Positions 17,948-28,305 of a stretch of DNA of 64,000 nt are shown piece by piece. How positions within the stretch are numbered: the first letter of the stretch is position 1; the number at the start of each line of letters is the position of its first letter. Position numbers and translations under genes: made by a program. The notes beneath the pieces were generated by a model that was not told the origin of the DNA, made no database searches, and saw only the letters and a list, made by a program, of their open reading frames with translations. This DNA comes from Pyrinomonadaceae bacterium. GTDB taxonomy: Bacteria > Acidobacteriota > Blastocatellia > Pyrinomonadales > Pyrinomonadaceae. The stretch is from contig JBHENC010000015.1 in assembly GCA_046262295.1 (NCBI GenBank), positions 16,700 through 80,699 of the forward strand, given 5' to 3'.

Positions 17948-19207
17948 ATGAAAAAGCGCAAGCGAGTGCGCCGTGATGCGCCGCCGCACGCCGTGAAGGA
18001 TTCGACGGGCGGCGCGGAAATAGAAGTCGTAATCGAGCGCATTGTGCCGGGCGGCATGGGACTCGCGCACGCTGCAGGGCGCACGATCTTCGTTGCGTTG
18101 GCTGCGCCGGGCGATCGCGTTCGGGTGCGCATCGAAAAGACGCGCGGCAATGTCGCGTTCGCTTCGATTGTAAAAGTGATAGCGGCTTCACCCGTGCGAA
18201 TCGAACCGCCGTGCCCGTATTTCGGGCGATGCGGCGGTTGCGATTTTCAGCAGTTGAATTACGAGGCGCAGCTCGCGGCGAAAGTCGCCATCATACAGGA
18301 CTGTTTGCGGCGCATCGCGCGTCTCGAAACTCCTCTGGAGATTCCAATAATCGCGTCGCCGTCGGCGTGGCGCTATCGCTCACGCGCGCAGTGGCAACAC
18401 GATGGGCGCGAAAAAACGCTCGGCTATTTCACGCGCGGCTCGCATCGAGTGTGTGACGTAATCGAATGCCCGGTAATTGTGCCCGCGTTGCAGCGGACGT
18501 TGACGGATTTGCGCGCGGCTCTAAGCAATGATTCTTTGCCGGAAGGTGTTGAAGAGTTTCAGGCGGTCGCGGGTGATGCGGGCGTTTCGCTTGTTCCACA
18601 CGTGAGCGCTTCAGCGGCGGAGACGGAAGTGAGCTTTACGATTGCAGGCTTTCACTATCACTTCGACGCGGCGGGCTTTTTTCAAATCAATCATCAACTG
18701 CTCGCGCCGCTAGTCGAGGCCGCTATCGCTAATGCAAAAGGCGCGACAGCGATTGATTTATACTGCGGCGCGGGACTTTTCACCTTGCCGCTGGCAAGAC
18801 GATTCGAGCGCGTCGTCGGCGTCGAAGCAAACGAGACGGCGGTTGCTTATGCACAGCGCAATGTGCAGGAAGCAGCACTCGCAAATGCGCGCGTCGAATG
18901 CGCGAAGGTCGGCGAATGGTTAAAGCGCAACGCCGAAAAGTATGCGCCCGTTGATCTGGTGTTGCTCAATCCGCCGCGCGCGGGCGTCGAAGACGTTGAC
19001 GCGCTAAACGGTATTCTCTCTTTGCAGCCGCAACGCATCAGATATGTCTCCTGCGATCCGGCGACGCTGGCGCGTGACCTGCGCGGATTAATCAGCAGCG
19101 GATACAGCCTTGACTCCGTTGCCGCATTTGATATGTTTCCGCAGACGCACCATGTAGAAATCATCGCGCAGCTCTCTTCGCCCGCGCGATTGGTAAGAAT
19201 TAGATAA
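17948..19207 (+). CDS. TRAM-domain 23S rRNA (uracil-C5)-methyltransferase, RlmD/RumA family
   Basis: TRAM-like N-terminus, an Fe-S Cys cluster (CPYFGRCGGCDFQQL), a SAM motif (DLYCGAGLF) and C-terminal YVSCDPATLARD. Confidence 0.85.
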   Translation: MKKRKRVRRDAPPHAVKDSTGGAEIEVVIERIVPGGMGLAHAAGRTIFVALAAPGDRVRVRIEKTRGNVAFASIVKVIAASPVRIEPPCPYFGRCGGCDFQQLNYEAQLAAKVAIIQDCLRRIARLETPLEIPIIASPSAWRYRSRAQWQHDGREKTLGYFTRGSHRVCDVIECPVIVPALQRTLTDLRAALSNDSLPEGVEEFQAVAGDAGVSLVPHVSASAAETEVSFTIAGFHYHFDAAGFFQINHQLLAPLVEAAIANAKGATAIDLYCGAGLFTLPLARRFERVVGVEANETAVAYAQRNVQEAALANARVECAKVGEWLKRNAEKYAPVDLVLLNPPRAGVEDVDALNGILSLQPQRIRYVSCDPATLARDLRGLISSGYSLDSVAAFDMFPQTHHVEIIAQLSSPARLVRIR

Positions 19208-19277
19208 CTTCTTCACCGTAGCGAAAGCTTTACGCGCTCGCCGCGCGGTCGCTGACGCAATAGACCTCTTTAGATTT

Positions 19278-22043
19278 ATGCGCGCGGTTCCTCACAAAGA
19301 TTCCTGCTTTCACTATCCTTTAATGGTTCTGGCGTGGGCGCTGGCGTGCGGCATCTTCGCGGCAACTTTTATTGGTGCGCAGCACTTGATGATTTGTCTG
19401 GCGTGCGGCGTTCTGTCCGGCGCGCTCGCTTTGCTGTGTCTCGCGCGATTTGATGAAAGAGCCGTTTCCGTAATTCTCGTGCTCGCTTTCTTTGGCGCAG
19501 GCATGACGCTCGAGCTTGCCGGGCAGGGAAGCCTGAAGGCTTTCAATCGTGTTGCGCGATTGTATGAACAGGGCATCATCGCTTCCGGCGATCCGGTGGA
19601 AGTGACAGGCGTGGTTGAGCAAGCGCCGGAGCCTGCGGCCGATGTCTTTTACATGACGTTGCGCATTGAAAGCTTAAGAGCGAAAGAAACGGAGCGGGCT
19701 GTGCGCGGCCGCGTGTGGCTGGTTGCTCCGGTGAGCGACGGCGGGACGCGCGCCGCTTATGAATCGCTGGAGTTGCGTTACGGTGCGCGTTTGCGTGTGC
19801 TGACGAGGCTTCGCCGCGAAGAGAGTTTTCGTAATCCGGGCGTTGCTTCGTCAATCGAGTACTTGGATCGGCGCGGCTTCGATGCGCAAGGGTTGATTAA
19901 AAGTCCTTTGCTGATCGAGCGGCTGGATGACGAGCGTGTGTTCTGGCCGCTGGCGCGTGTATATGAATGGCGGCAGCGTCTTCTCGCAGAGATCGGTGAC
20001 GAGTTTTCGACGGAAACGGCGGGCGTATTGCAGGCGGCGCTGCTGGGTGATCGCTATCTGATTACGCGCGGTGCGGCGGAGCGGTTTCGTGCGGGCGGCA
20101 CTTTTCACGTGCTGGTCATCAGCGGGCTGCATATCAGTTTTATAGGTTTCGTCGCGCTGTGGATCGCAAGACGTTTGACGAAGCGGCGCGCGTGGCAGTT
20201 TGCGGCGACGGTGACTTTTCTGTGGGCGTATGCGCTGGGTGTCGGCGCGGGCGCGTCCGTTGTGCGTGCGGCGCTGATGTTCACAACGCTGTTACTTGCG
20301 CCGGTGCTGCATCGCCGCGCGCAGACCTTCAACACGCTCGGCGGGGCGTGTCTCGCGCTGCTCGTCTGGCGTCCGGCAGACCTCTTCGATCCGTCTTTTC
20401 AGTTAACATTTCTTTCGGTGCTCTCCATCGCGGCGATTGCGTGGCCGCTCATTGAAAAGCTGCGTGCGGTCGGCGCGTGGCGTCCGTCGCGCGAGACGCC
20501 GTATCCGCCCGTGTGTCCGCGCTGGTTCCGTGTGATGGGCGAAACGCTATACTGGAGCGAGCGGGGCTGGCGGCGGGAGATGGAGCGCGCGATTTTTCGC
20601 TGCAAGCTTTTCAAGACGCCGCTGGCGATGCGTTTAGAGTGGTGGCGTATGCAGCGTTGTTTACGGTACGCCGTCGGCGCGGTGATAGTTTCGGCGAGCG
20701 TGCAGATTGGAATGCTGCCGTTTCTGGTGATTTACTTTCACAGAATCTCTTTCGCTTCGCTTGTCTTAAACATCTTCGTCGCTGCGATGATGGCCGCCGA
20801 ATCTTTAATCGCGCTCGTGACATTGTTCGTCACGCAAGCGAGCACACAGGCCGCCGCGCCGCTCGCCGCCCTTGTCGAAAAATTGAACTGGTTGATGATT
20901 CACAGCGTAGACCCGTTCGCAAACGCGCGTGTGGCCTTCGTGCGAGTGCCCGAATATACGGGGCGGGCGGCGATTATTTACGGAGTCTATTACGTGCCGC
21001 TCGGCTTGCTGGTTTTCGCGCTCGCGCGCTGGAATCCGCTGCGCCGCGATGAATCGAAAGATCAAGCAAACGATCAAACGAAGCGGCGCGCGGTGCAGTT
21101 TCTCGAGCCGACGCGCGTCGCCGCCGTTGTGTTTGTCGTGACGCTCTGCTTAATCGTTGCGCACCCTTTGAGCGCAAGGCGGCCTGACGGAAAGTTGCGC
21201 ATTGATTTTCTGGACGTAGGGCAGGGCGACGCGGCGCTTGTGACGATGCCGGACGGCACAACCCTTTTAATTGACGCTGGCGGAAGGCCGCGCATTCAGG
21301 TACGGAAAGCCGCTGACGCCGACGACGAAGAATTTATGGACGAAGCTTTCGAGCGTGATACGCGCAGTATCGGCGAAGCCGTCGTCGCGGAATATTTGTG
21401 GTGGCGTGGCCTTGATCGCGTTGATTATATTCTGGCGACGCACGCCGACGCCGATCATATCAACGGCTTCAACGACATCGCGCGCAACTTCAAAGTGGGC
21501 GTTGCGATAGTCGCCCGCGCGCCTGCGGCCAACGCCGAATACGCGCGCTTCGCTTCGTCTATGCGGGAGAACGGCGTGCCCGTCCGACTGATAGGACGCG
21601 GCGATGTACTGCATTTCGGTAAAGTGACAGCGGACGTACTGTGGCCTGTCTACGACGCGAGCATGGACGCGCCTTCGCGCAATAACGATTCGATTGTGTT
21701 GCGCCTGCGCTTCGGCAGCAAAACTTTTTTGTTAACGGGCGACATGGAGAAAGAGGCCGAAGACGCTTTGCTTGCCGCGCGCGACGATCTTCATTGCGAT
21801 GTCGTCAAGGTGGCGCATCACGGCAGTAAAACTTCGTCCACGCAGGAGTTCGTCGCGGCGACCCGTCCCGCGCTCTCCGTCGTCTCCGTCGGCCTCAATT
21901 CGCCGTTCAATCATCCGAATCGGGATGTCGTAGAGAGGTGGCGCGCAAGCAACGCGCAAGTTCTGACGACGGGAAAAAGCGGCACGATCACCGTGAGCAC
22001 AAACGGTCAAAGCCTCGACATCGAAACTTTCGTCAAACGCTGA
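19278..22043 (+). CDS. comEC: DNA internalization competence protein ComEC/Rec2 with a metallo-beta-lactamase domain
   Basis: 921 aa and multi-pass. Contains FLDVGQGDA, HADADHING and KVAHHGSKTS motifs. Confidence 0.85.
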   Translation: MRAVPHKDSCFHYPLMVLAWALACGIFAATFIGAQHLMICLACGVLSGALALLCLARFDERAVSVILVLAFFGAGMTLELAGQGSLKAFNRVARLYEQGIIASGDPVEVTGVVEQAPEPAADVFYMTLRIESLRAKETERAVRGRVWLVAPVSDGGTRAAYESLELRYGARLRVLTRLRREESFRNPGVASSIEYLDRRGFDAQGLIKSPLLIERLDDERVFWPLARVYEWRQRLLAEIGDEFSTETAGVLQAALLGDRYLITRGAAERFRAGGTFHVLVISGLHISFIGFVALWIARRLTKRRAWQFAATVTFLWAYALGVGAGASVVRAALMFTTLLLAPVLHRRAQTFNTLGGACLALLVWRPADLFDPSFQLTFLSVLSIAAIAWPLIEKLRAVGAWRPSRETPYPPVCPRWFRVMGETLYWSERGWRREMERAIFRCKLFKTPLAMRLEWWRMQRCLRYAVGAVIVSASVQIGMLPFLVIYFHRISFASLVLNIFVAAMMAAESLIALVTLFVTQASTQAAAPLAALVEKLNWLMIHSVDPFANARVAFVRVPEYTGRAAIIYGVYYVPLGLLVFALARWNPLRRDESKDQANDQTKRRAVQFLEPTRVAAVVFVVTLCLIVAHPLSARRPDGKLRIDFLDVGQGDAALVTMPDGTTLLIDAGGRPRIQVRKAADADDEEFMDEAFERDTRSIGEAVVAEYLWWRGLDRVDYILATHADADHINGFNDIARNFKVGVAIVARAPAANAEYARFASSMRENGVPVRLIGRGDVLHFGKVTADVLWPVYDASMDAPSRNNDSIVLRLRFGSKTFLLTGDMEKEAEDALLAARDDLHCDVVKVAHHGSKTSSTQEFVAATRPALSVVSVGLNSPFNHPNRDVVERWRASNAQVLTTGKSGTITVSTNGQSLDIETFVKR

Positions 22044-22312
22044 TGTCCCGCACGACATGGTATTTACCGCATACCGTTTTGTCTTAGACGCAAGCGTGTG
22101 CCACTCTGTCTGTGGCGACGGGCAGGCGCGCATCTGTTCGGATACTTTCAGCTCTTTGCACAGCGGCGAAACCGTGCGACTCTTGCGGATAGAGTGGAAA
22201 CAGGCAATTGATTGTCCGGCAATGATTGCGGCCGGGTATGGCGTTCGCGCGCCCGGCTCGTCCGCCGCGCGAGCAACCGTAATGTGATAAGTGTAGAGCA
22301 CCGGGAGCGTAG

Positions 22313-23296
22313 ATGACTCGCACGCAGAAACAAACAAATCGCCTGCTGGCGCTGCTTCTTTTATTCGCTGCGGCGGCCTCGTTTTCTATGGTCGCGGGTC
22401 AGGAGAAAAGCGCGTCCGATGAAGTCATTGAGATTAATTCCGAGCTGGTGGTGATTGATGCGCAGGTAATAGACAAAAAGACGCGGCAGCCCGTCGTAGA
22501 TTTCAAGCGCGATGATTTTGAACTCTACGAAAACGGCGTCCGGCAGAACATTACGCATTTCAGCCGCGACAAGTTGCCGCTTTCAATCGTCTTGATGCTT
22601 GATGTAAGCGGAAGTACGCGAAGAGTTGTCGAGCAGGTCGGCGCGGGAGCCGTCAATGCTCTGCGGCATTTGAAGCCTGAAGATGAAGTGGCTGTGATGG
22701 CCTTCGCCGATGCCGTGACGCTCGTGCAGGATTTCTCCACAGACCGGCAGCTCATCTCTAGTAAAATCAAAGAAGCTGCGGGAACAAACTACGTCGGCTA
22801 TGGCAATGCAAACATACGCGATGTTATTTCACCGGCCATCGAACAGATGCGTGAATCAGCGAACCCTCTTGGACGTCGCGTAATTATCATCATTACCGAC
22901 AACGTCGTGCCGCCGCCTTCCGATAAAAGCGGCGAAGCTTTTCGTGAAGCTCTGGCATCGGGAAGCACGGTCTGTGGATTGATCGTGCGCGACAGCGTTG
23001 CCAAACTCTTCAACACACTACGGATATTCAAGGGCGGCATCAATTCATACGTTTCCGAAACCGGCGGCGAAATGATCACTGCGGAGCGCGCCGAGATCGA
23101 AACGAAATTTACACAGTTAATCGAACATTTACGGACGCGTTATAGCTTCGGCTACCGGCCTGCGAACGCCAGCACCGTTGAAACATTTCGCCGGATAGAT
23201 TTGAAAATCGCGCCTGCGGCGGCGCACAAAAGAAAGTTAGCGATTCAACTCAAAAAAGGTTACTACGCGCGTGCACGCAGTGTAAAACGAACCTGA
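22313..23296 (+). CDS. VWA domain protein (VWFA-related acidobacterial type)
   Basis: Signal peptide, a MIDAS-like LDVSGST motif, and the overall architecture of the TIGR03436-type family as I recall it. Confidence 0.75.
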   Translation: MTRTQKQTNRLLALLLLFAAAASFSMVAGQEKSASDEVIEINSELVVIDAQVIDKKTRQPVVDFKRDDFELYENGVRQNITHFSRDKLPLSIVLMLDVSGSTRRVVEQVGAGAVNALRHLKPEDEVAVMAFADAVTLVQDFSTDRQLISSKIKEAAGTNYVGYGNANIRDVISPAIEQMRESANPLGRRVIIIITDNVVPPPSDKSGEAFREALASGSTVCGLIVRDSVAKLFNTLRIFKGGINSYVSETGGEMITAERAEIETKFTQLIEHLRTRYSFGYRPANASTVETFRRIDLKIAPAAAHKRKLAIQLKKGYYARARSVKRT

Positions 23297-23574
23297 ACAC
23301 GCTCTGCTGCATTCGCTGTGGAGTATCCGTCGCGTGCGAGAATCATCCGGCCTTCCGCGCCCGGCACAAAATCGGTGAACGCGACGCGCCACGCTAAATG
23401 TCCCGCCCTGCGCGAAGCTACAGGTCTCCGTCTTTCTCCGGCACGGATTGTCCTTCGGCGCTTAAAATAAAAGCGGCAAAGGCACGCGCCGAATCCTGCG
23501 GCGATGATTGTCCGGAAAATCCCCTGCGAAGGACATCGGACTATGCTTTGAAGCGAAGCCCATCGAAACTTTTC

Positions 23575-23904
23575 TCAATCAACTGTGATGTATTTACGCA
23601 GCATGATAAACCGCCGCTCGCTGATGCCGCGCACGGCGATCAAATGCTCGGCTCTGCGAAAGCGTCCGAACTGTTCGCGGTGCTCAATGATGCGCGCGGC
23701 GAGTCCCGTGCCGATTCCCGGCAACTTCTCTAAAACTTCGGGCGATGCCGTGTTGACGTTAATGCGGGCAATGATTTCGTTTTGACGAGCATCCGCTTCC
23801 GTCGTGGCTTGCCGGTTGGCGTCAACGGGCGTGTGTCGCGCCATTTTGACGCAGGACGAGGCTGGAAGCGATAGTAAGAGAAAGGCGAACGCGGCACAGC
23901 GCAC
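23575..23904 (-). CDS. comEA: ComEA-type helix-hairpin-helix DNA-binding protein
   Basis: C-terminus is INVNTASPEVLEKLPGIGTGLAARIIEHREQFGRF...LIAVRGISERRF. The start is uncertain. I chose GTG 23904 because it gives a signal-like RCAAFAFLLLSLPASSC; the track ORF runs to 24135. Confidence 0.7.
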   Translation of the reverse strand: MRCAAFAFLLLSLPASSCVKMARHTPVDANRQATTEADARQNEIIARINVNTASPEVLEKLPGIGTGLAARIIEHREQFGRFRRAEHLIAVRGISERRFIMLRKYITVD

Positions 23905-24040
23905 GTATCTTCCAACGTAGCTTTGACTCTGGAACGCAAAATGCTGTAAGCGAACAGGTTGCAGGATGTGCCGCGCGCGTGTGCAAAATGCTAGAAGTCT
24001 AAACATTTCAGGAACTTGTAACACTTCAAAGGCCGTTTTC

Positions 24041-24078
24041 CACAGACTTTTCCACAGTTGCCTGTGGAAAAGTCTGTG
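24041..24078. other. Perfect 17-bp inverted repeat with a 4-nt loop, carrying three copies of TTTCCACAG
   Basis: cacagacttttccacag (24041..24057), loop ttgc, ctgtggaaaagtctgtg (24062..24078). A third direct copy ttttccacag is at 24036..24045. No T tract follows on either strand. Confidence 0.8.
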
Positions 24079-24172
24079 CCCTTCGCCGGAGCTTTCGTGC
24101 GCCTTCGGTGAGTCTTTTGTGCCGCTCTTTGGCAACGCCGCCGCACTTGTGTTTAGTCCGATTTCGCTGGCC

Positions 24173-24964
24173 TTACCTTAAATCGTCGCGCGTTGAGCGG
24201 AGCGGCGTGTCGGCAAGTAAGTCCGGGCGTGCCGGACGGGTTAAGTCTTCATTCATCGCTAATTGGTTGGCGGCTTGTGCCATTGTCTGGCCGCTTTGAT
24301 ACCAAGACTCTGTGATTTTTGCTGCGACATCGCGCCCGCCCAGTCCGAAGGCCAGCCCGACGGCCAGCGCAATGCTGCCAACAAGTCCGATGAACAACGT
24401 GTTGACAACGACTGCCGCGATGCCCAGCTGGTTGATGGCGGCGATGATCGCAAAGCCGAGCACCGCATAGCGTGTGAGCGTGGCTAACAGGTTTGGATTG
24501 CCCACGCCCATCTCCGACACAGACCCGCGTACTACTCCTGCGAGAAACTTCGCAATCAGCGCGCCGACCACGATGATGACCAGCGCCACGACAATATTCG
24601 GGATGAAGAGAACGATGCTGTTGATAATCGCGGTGATTTGCGGCATCCCCAAAATGTTGGCTGCTGCCTGAATGAAGATCAGGCGGATAAACCACTTAAT
24701 CAGTTCGGCGATTATCTTCGAGATCGTCCAACTGGTGCCGGTGCGTACAATAAAGTCGCTAATGCCGGAGTGATGCACGGCGCGCTCCAGCCCAACGGCT
24801 CTCAAACCCTTCTCGATTAAGCGTGCGAGAATACCCGAGATGATCCACCCGATGATAAGGACGATAATCGCTCCTAACAGGGATGGCAGGAAACTCATAA
24901 AGCTGTTGATGGCATTGGTGAATGACAGCCATAGTGTATCGCTGGTGGTTCGTACTTGAATCAT
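24173..24964 (-). CDS. Conserved-TM-helix repeat membrane protein (MscS-related N-terminal type)
   Basis: 263 aa with repeated hydrophobic helices containing the LGxxxxxAL(V)IIVVG-type pattern. Confidence 0.65.
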   Translation of the reverse strand: MIQVRTTSDTLWLSFTNAINSFMSFLPSLLGAIIVLIIGWIISGILARLIEKGLRAVGLERAVHHSGISDFIVRTGTSWTISKIIAELIKWFIRLIFIQAAANILGMPQITAIINSIVLFIPNIVVALVIIVVGALIAKFLAGVVRGSVSEMGVGNPNLLATLTRYAVLGFAIIAAINQLGIAAVVVNTLFIGLVGSIALAVGLAFGLGGRDVAAKITESWYQSGQTMAQAANQLAMNEDLTRPARPDLLADTPLRSTRDDLR

Positions 24965-25124
24965 TTGGAACTCCTTTGTCAGGCGAAAGGTGGGACAGCC
25001 GGTTGCATGGTTTCAAACTCCGCCGCCTGTTACGCACAAGAATCCCTGTGCAGGAAAGAATGAAACCAGAGGCACAAAAGTAAAAACTAAATATCGTGTT
25101 AGCCGAAAACCAGCGCCGCTTCAG

Positions 25125-27845
25125 TTATGCCATTTCTTCGCTTTCATGCGGCGCGTTCCAATCATTAACAAGTTCATAGGAGCGGCCGAGGATGGCGCGC
25201 GGGCGTGCTCCGTCGGCCTGTCCGATCAAGCCTTCGCGTTCCATCATGTCGAGAATCGCGGCGGCGCGCCCGTAGCCGATGCGCAAGCGGCGTTGCAGCA
25301 CGGAGGTCGAAGCGCGTTTCATCTCGACGCAAATCTTCAATGCTTCCTCGAAAAGCTCGTCGCGTTCGCCGCCCATGCCGTTTGCACCTTCCGCTTCGTC
25401 AACGGATTGCGTGATGCTTTCGTCGTAGACGGGATCGCCCTGCGCTTTGACGTGGGCGACGATTTTGCCGATCTCCGTTTCGTCAACATATGCGCCGTGA
25501 ACGCGCACAAGCCGCGACGTGCCGGGCGGTAGAAACAACATATCGCCGCGACCTAAGAGTTGTTCCGCGCCGTTCGCGTCAATAATCGTGCGCGAGTCAA
25601 CTTTAGAGGAAACGCGGAAGGAGATGCGCGAAGGAAAGTTAGCTTTGATGAGGCCGGTGATAACGTCAACCGACGGGCGTTGTGTGGCAAGCACTAGATG
25701 GATGCCGACGGCGCGTGCCATCTGCGCGAGGCGCGTGATTGATTCTTCGACTTCATGGCCGGAGACCATCATCAGATCGGCCAACTCGTCAATGATGATA
25801 ACGATGTACGGCAAGGTCTTATGCGGCTCGCCTGAATCGTCAAAATCCTTGACGAGATTGCGGCGCATCACTTCCGTGTTGAAGCCGTCAATGTTGCGCA
25901 CGCTCCATCCGGCTAATTCTTTGTAGCGGCGTTCCATCTCCGAGACCGCCCACTTGAGCGCGATTGAGGCGCGCTTCGGGTCTGTGATAATCGGCGTCGC
26001 TAAGTGAGGTATGTCCGCGTAGAGACCAAGTTCAAGACGCTTCGGATCAACCATAATGAATTTGACTTCATCGGGTTGCGCTTTGTAGAGAATCGAAACG
26101 ATCAGGGAATTAACGCCGACAGATTTGCCCGCCCCAGTTGCGCCCGCGATTAACAGATGCGGCATCCGCGCAAGGTCTGCGACGTAGTTCAAGCCGTCAA
26201 TGGTTTTGCCGAGCGCGATAGTTAGCTTCGATGTTGATTCACGAAACTGGCGCGATTCCAACACTTCGCGCAGATGAATCGTATCGCGCTGTGGGTTCGG
26301 CACTTCGATGCCGACGTGCGCTTTGCCCGGCACGCGGTCAATGCGTATGGAATCGGCTTTGAGCGCGAGGCAGAGATCGTCAACAAGCCCCGTGACGCGC
26401 GAGTATTTAACGCCGGGATCGGGCTTGAATTCATAAGTCGTGACGACGGGGCCGGGACAAATGTATTCAATCTTGCCTGTGACATTGAACTCTTTGCATT
26501 TTTCGGCGACGCGCACGGCGAGCTGGCGCAACTCTTCGTCGGCCTGTTCGCTATGCGGCGGCGGGGCGTTGAGAAAGTCCGAAGTCGGCAATGCGTAGTC
26601 AATAATGGGTGCGGCGATGTTTGCCGCGCGGCGCGGCTTTTCGAGCGCGGCGGTGCGGGGCGTGTCCGGTTGTGCGGCGTCTGTCGGTTCGAGACGAACG
26701 ACGGCGGCAGATTCGACCATCGCCTCAATCGCCGCGACCTCTTTAACTTTAGGATCAACGGACGTGCGAGCGGCGGCGGCGTTGCTGCGTTTCGTCGTTC
26801 TTTCGGAGGCGGATGTTTGATCGTCATCCATCTCGTGTAATTCTTTTGTTGCGGCGATAGAAGAAGCGAGTGCGGTATCCGGCAACGCTACATCGCTCCG
26901 GTCGTCGAAAGGATTTCCGGCCGGCAGCATTGAATTTACGGCGGCGGAATTTTGCGCGGCACGCTTAATCGCCGTCGCCGCAGAAGACTCGTTTAATTGG
27001 TGTACGGTATTTGATTGCGGCGCTATGGAAGTCTCGCGCATAAACTCCGCAACACGTTCGGTGCCGCTCATATTCCGCGACGTCTGCACGGGAAGAGAGG
27101 CCTCGAGGCCGCTGTTTATAAGATAAGCCGCTTCGCGTTCGGCGCGTGCGGCGCGCCGCTCTGCCGCGCGCATTTCAGCCTGCTCATGCCTGCGCGCGCG
27201 CCACTCTTGGAAGCGTCGCGGCAGTGCGTTCAGAAATCCGAATCGCGTGGCAGAGCCGTCAAGCAATTGTTCGTAAAAGCGCGTGAACGAGAAATTGGTG
27301 GCGAGCAGCACTCCCGTTGCCGCCAGCGCGACGAGCAGCACGCTCGCTCCGATGGTATTCAATCCGCTGGCGAGAGAGCGCGCGATGATCGTTCCCGTGA
27401 GACCGCCGGGCGCAAAACTTCCATCAAAAAGCGGATGCACATTGGAGAGCGAAAGCAGCGCGGCACAGGCCAGCACGAGCAACACGAGGCCGACGATGCG
27501 CGATAGCGGAGCGTGTATGCGTCTGGTGCGAAAACGCCGCCACGCCGACGCCAGAAGCAGCAGCGGCAGCAACCATGCCGCCAACCCGAACGCCTGATAA
27601 AGAGCTGCGGCGACGTTCGCGCCGATTGCTCCGACGAAATTATTGCGCGTCGTCGCGGCCTGCCCGCCGACGTTCCAAGACGCATCATTCGCGTCGTAAG
27701 ACGCGAGACACAGCGCAAAGAGCGCGCTTAATGCGAGCAACGCAATGGCGATGATCTCATTGCGCCGCGTGTTGCGAGGAGCGGCTGCCGTTTGCGCACG
27801 CGCTTCCTGTTGTGTTACCGCCATAAGCTCTCCGAATGGAAGCAT
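25125..27845 (-). CDS. ftsK: DNA translocase FtsK
   Basis: 906 aa with N-terminal TM helices, Walker A (GATGAGKS) and a gamma-domain winged helix (SVLQRRLRIGYGRAAAILDMME). Confidence 0.9.
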   Translation of the reverse strand: MLPFGELMAVTQQEARAQTAAAPRNTRRNEIIAIALLALSALFALCLASYDANDASWNVGGQAATTRNNFVGAIGANVAAALYQAFGLAAWLLPLLLLASAWRRFRTRRIHAPLSRIVGLVLLVLACAALLSLSNVHPLFDGSFAPGGLTGTIIARSLASGLNTIGASVLLVALAATGVLLATNFSFTRFYEQLLDGSATRFGFLNALPRRFQEWRARRHEQAEMRAAERRAARAEREAAYLINSGLEASLPVQTSRNMSGTERVAEFMRETSIAPQSNTVHQLNESSAATAIKRAAQNSAAVNSMLPAGNPFDDRSDVALPDTALASSIAATKELHEMDDDQTSASERTTKRSNAAAARTSVDPKVKEVAAIEAMVESAAVVRLEPTDAAQPDTPRTAALEKPRRAANIAAPIIDYALPTSDFLNAPPPHSEQADEELRQLAVRVAEKCKEFNVTGKIEYICPGPVVTTYEFKPDPGVKYSRVTGLVDDLCLALKADSIRIDRVPGKAHVGIEVPNPQRDTIHLREVLESRQFRESTSKLTIALGKTIDGLNYVADLARMPHLLIAGATGAGKSVGVNSLIVSILYKAQPDEVKFIMVDPKRLELGLYADIPHLATPIITDPKRASIALKWAVSEMERRYKELAGWSVRNIDGFNTEVMRRNLVKDFDDSGEPHKTLPYIVIIIDELADLMMVSGHEVEESITRLAQMARAVGIHLVLATQRPSVDVITGLIKANFPSRISFRVSSKVDSRTIIDANGAEQLLGRGDMLFLPPGTSRLVRVHGAYVDETEIGKIVAHVKAQGDPVYDESITQSVDEAEGANGMGGERDELFEEALKICVEMKRASTSVLQRRLRIGYGRAAAILDMMEREGLIGQADGARPRAILGRSYELVNDWNAPHESEEMA

Positions 27846-27903
27846 TCAATTAAAGCATCATTAGAATTAATGCCTTCTACGCGGTATGGTTTGTCTGAGC
27901 CAC

Positions 27904-28251
27904 TCACCTTCGACTCGAAACAATTAACCCATGTAACGCCATTCCAGCTACTGACAACGAGAGAACTGCGATTAACGTAATTACCACATGGTTTGGATTC
28001 GCCTCCCGTCCGAATAGTAGCAGAGCAAGTGAAGTAACAAAGACAATCACTCCCGAGACCAACATATCTTTACCATGAATGCGATTCACTTCATGCCAAA
28101 TTTTCAAATCGGAAAATGTCTTTTGAGTGCGGAAGCCATAAAGCGGATTAGGCGGCACTTTTCCCGAGATCAAAGGAAAGCTTAAACCGATGAGCAAAAG
28201 ACCAATCAACGCGAAGAGAATCATAATTCCAATAATCACGTTCATACGCAC
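27904..28251 (-). CDS. SdpI/YhfL family membrane protein
   Basis: 115 aa with PNPLYGFRTQKTFSDLKIWHEVNR. Its DNA is visibly AT-richer than the flanking ftsK and prfB genes. Confidence 0.6.
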   Translation of the reverse strand: MRMNVIIGIMILFALIGLLLIGLSFPLISGKVPPNPLYGFRTQKTFSDLKIWHEVNRIHGKDMLVSGVIVFVTSLALLLFGREANPNHVVITLIAVLSLSVAGMALHGLIVSSRR

Positions 28252-28305
28252 CCTTCCTAATCAACGGGGAGTGTATCTCAAATGAACAGCGCCCAACTAC
28301 TGTTT

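Noticed and set aside
22044-22312. 269-nt gap between comEC and the VWA gene, and the 434-nt gap at 51743..52176, examined for ncRNA (RNase P, tmRNA, SRP, 6S).
   Set aside because: None of the conserved core motifs of these RNAs is visible. The gaps remain unexplained, with no positive evidence.
23262-23575. Minus-strand fragments such as AWRVAFTDFVPGAEGRMILARDGYSTANAAERV that look protein-like.
   Set aside because: The fragments are broken by several stops, have no start codon, and have no recognisable family. They may be a decayed gene remnant, but this cannot be supported.
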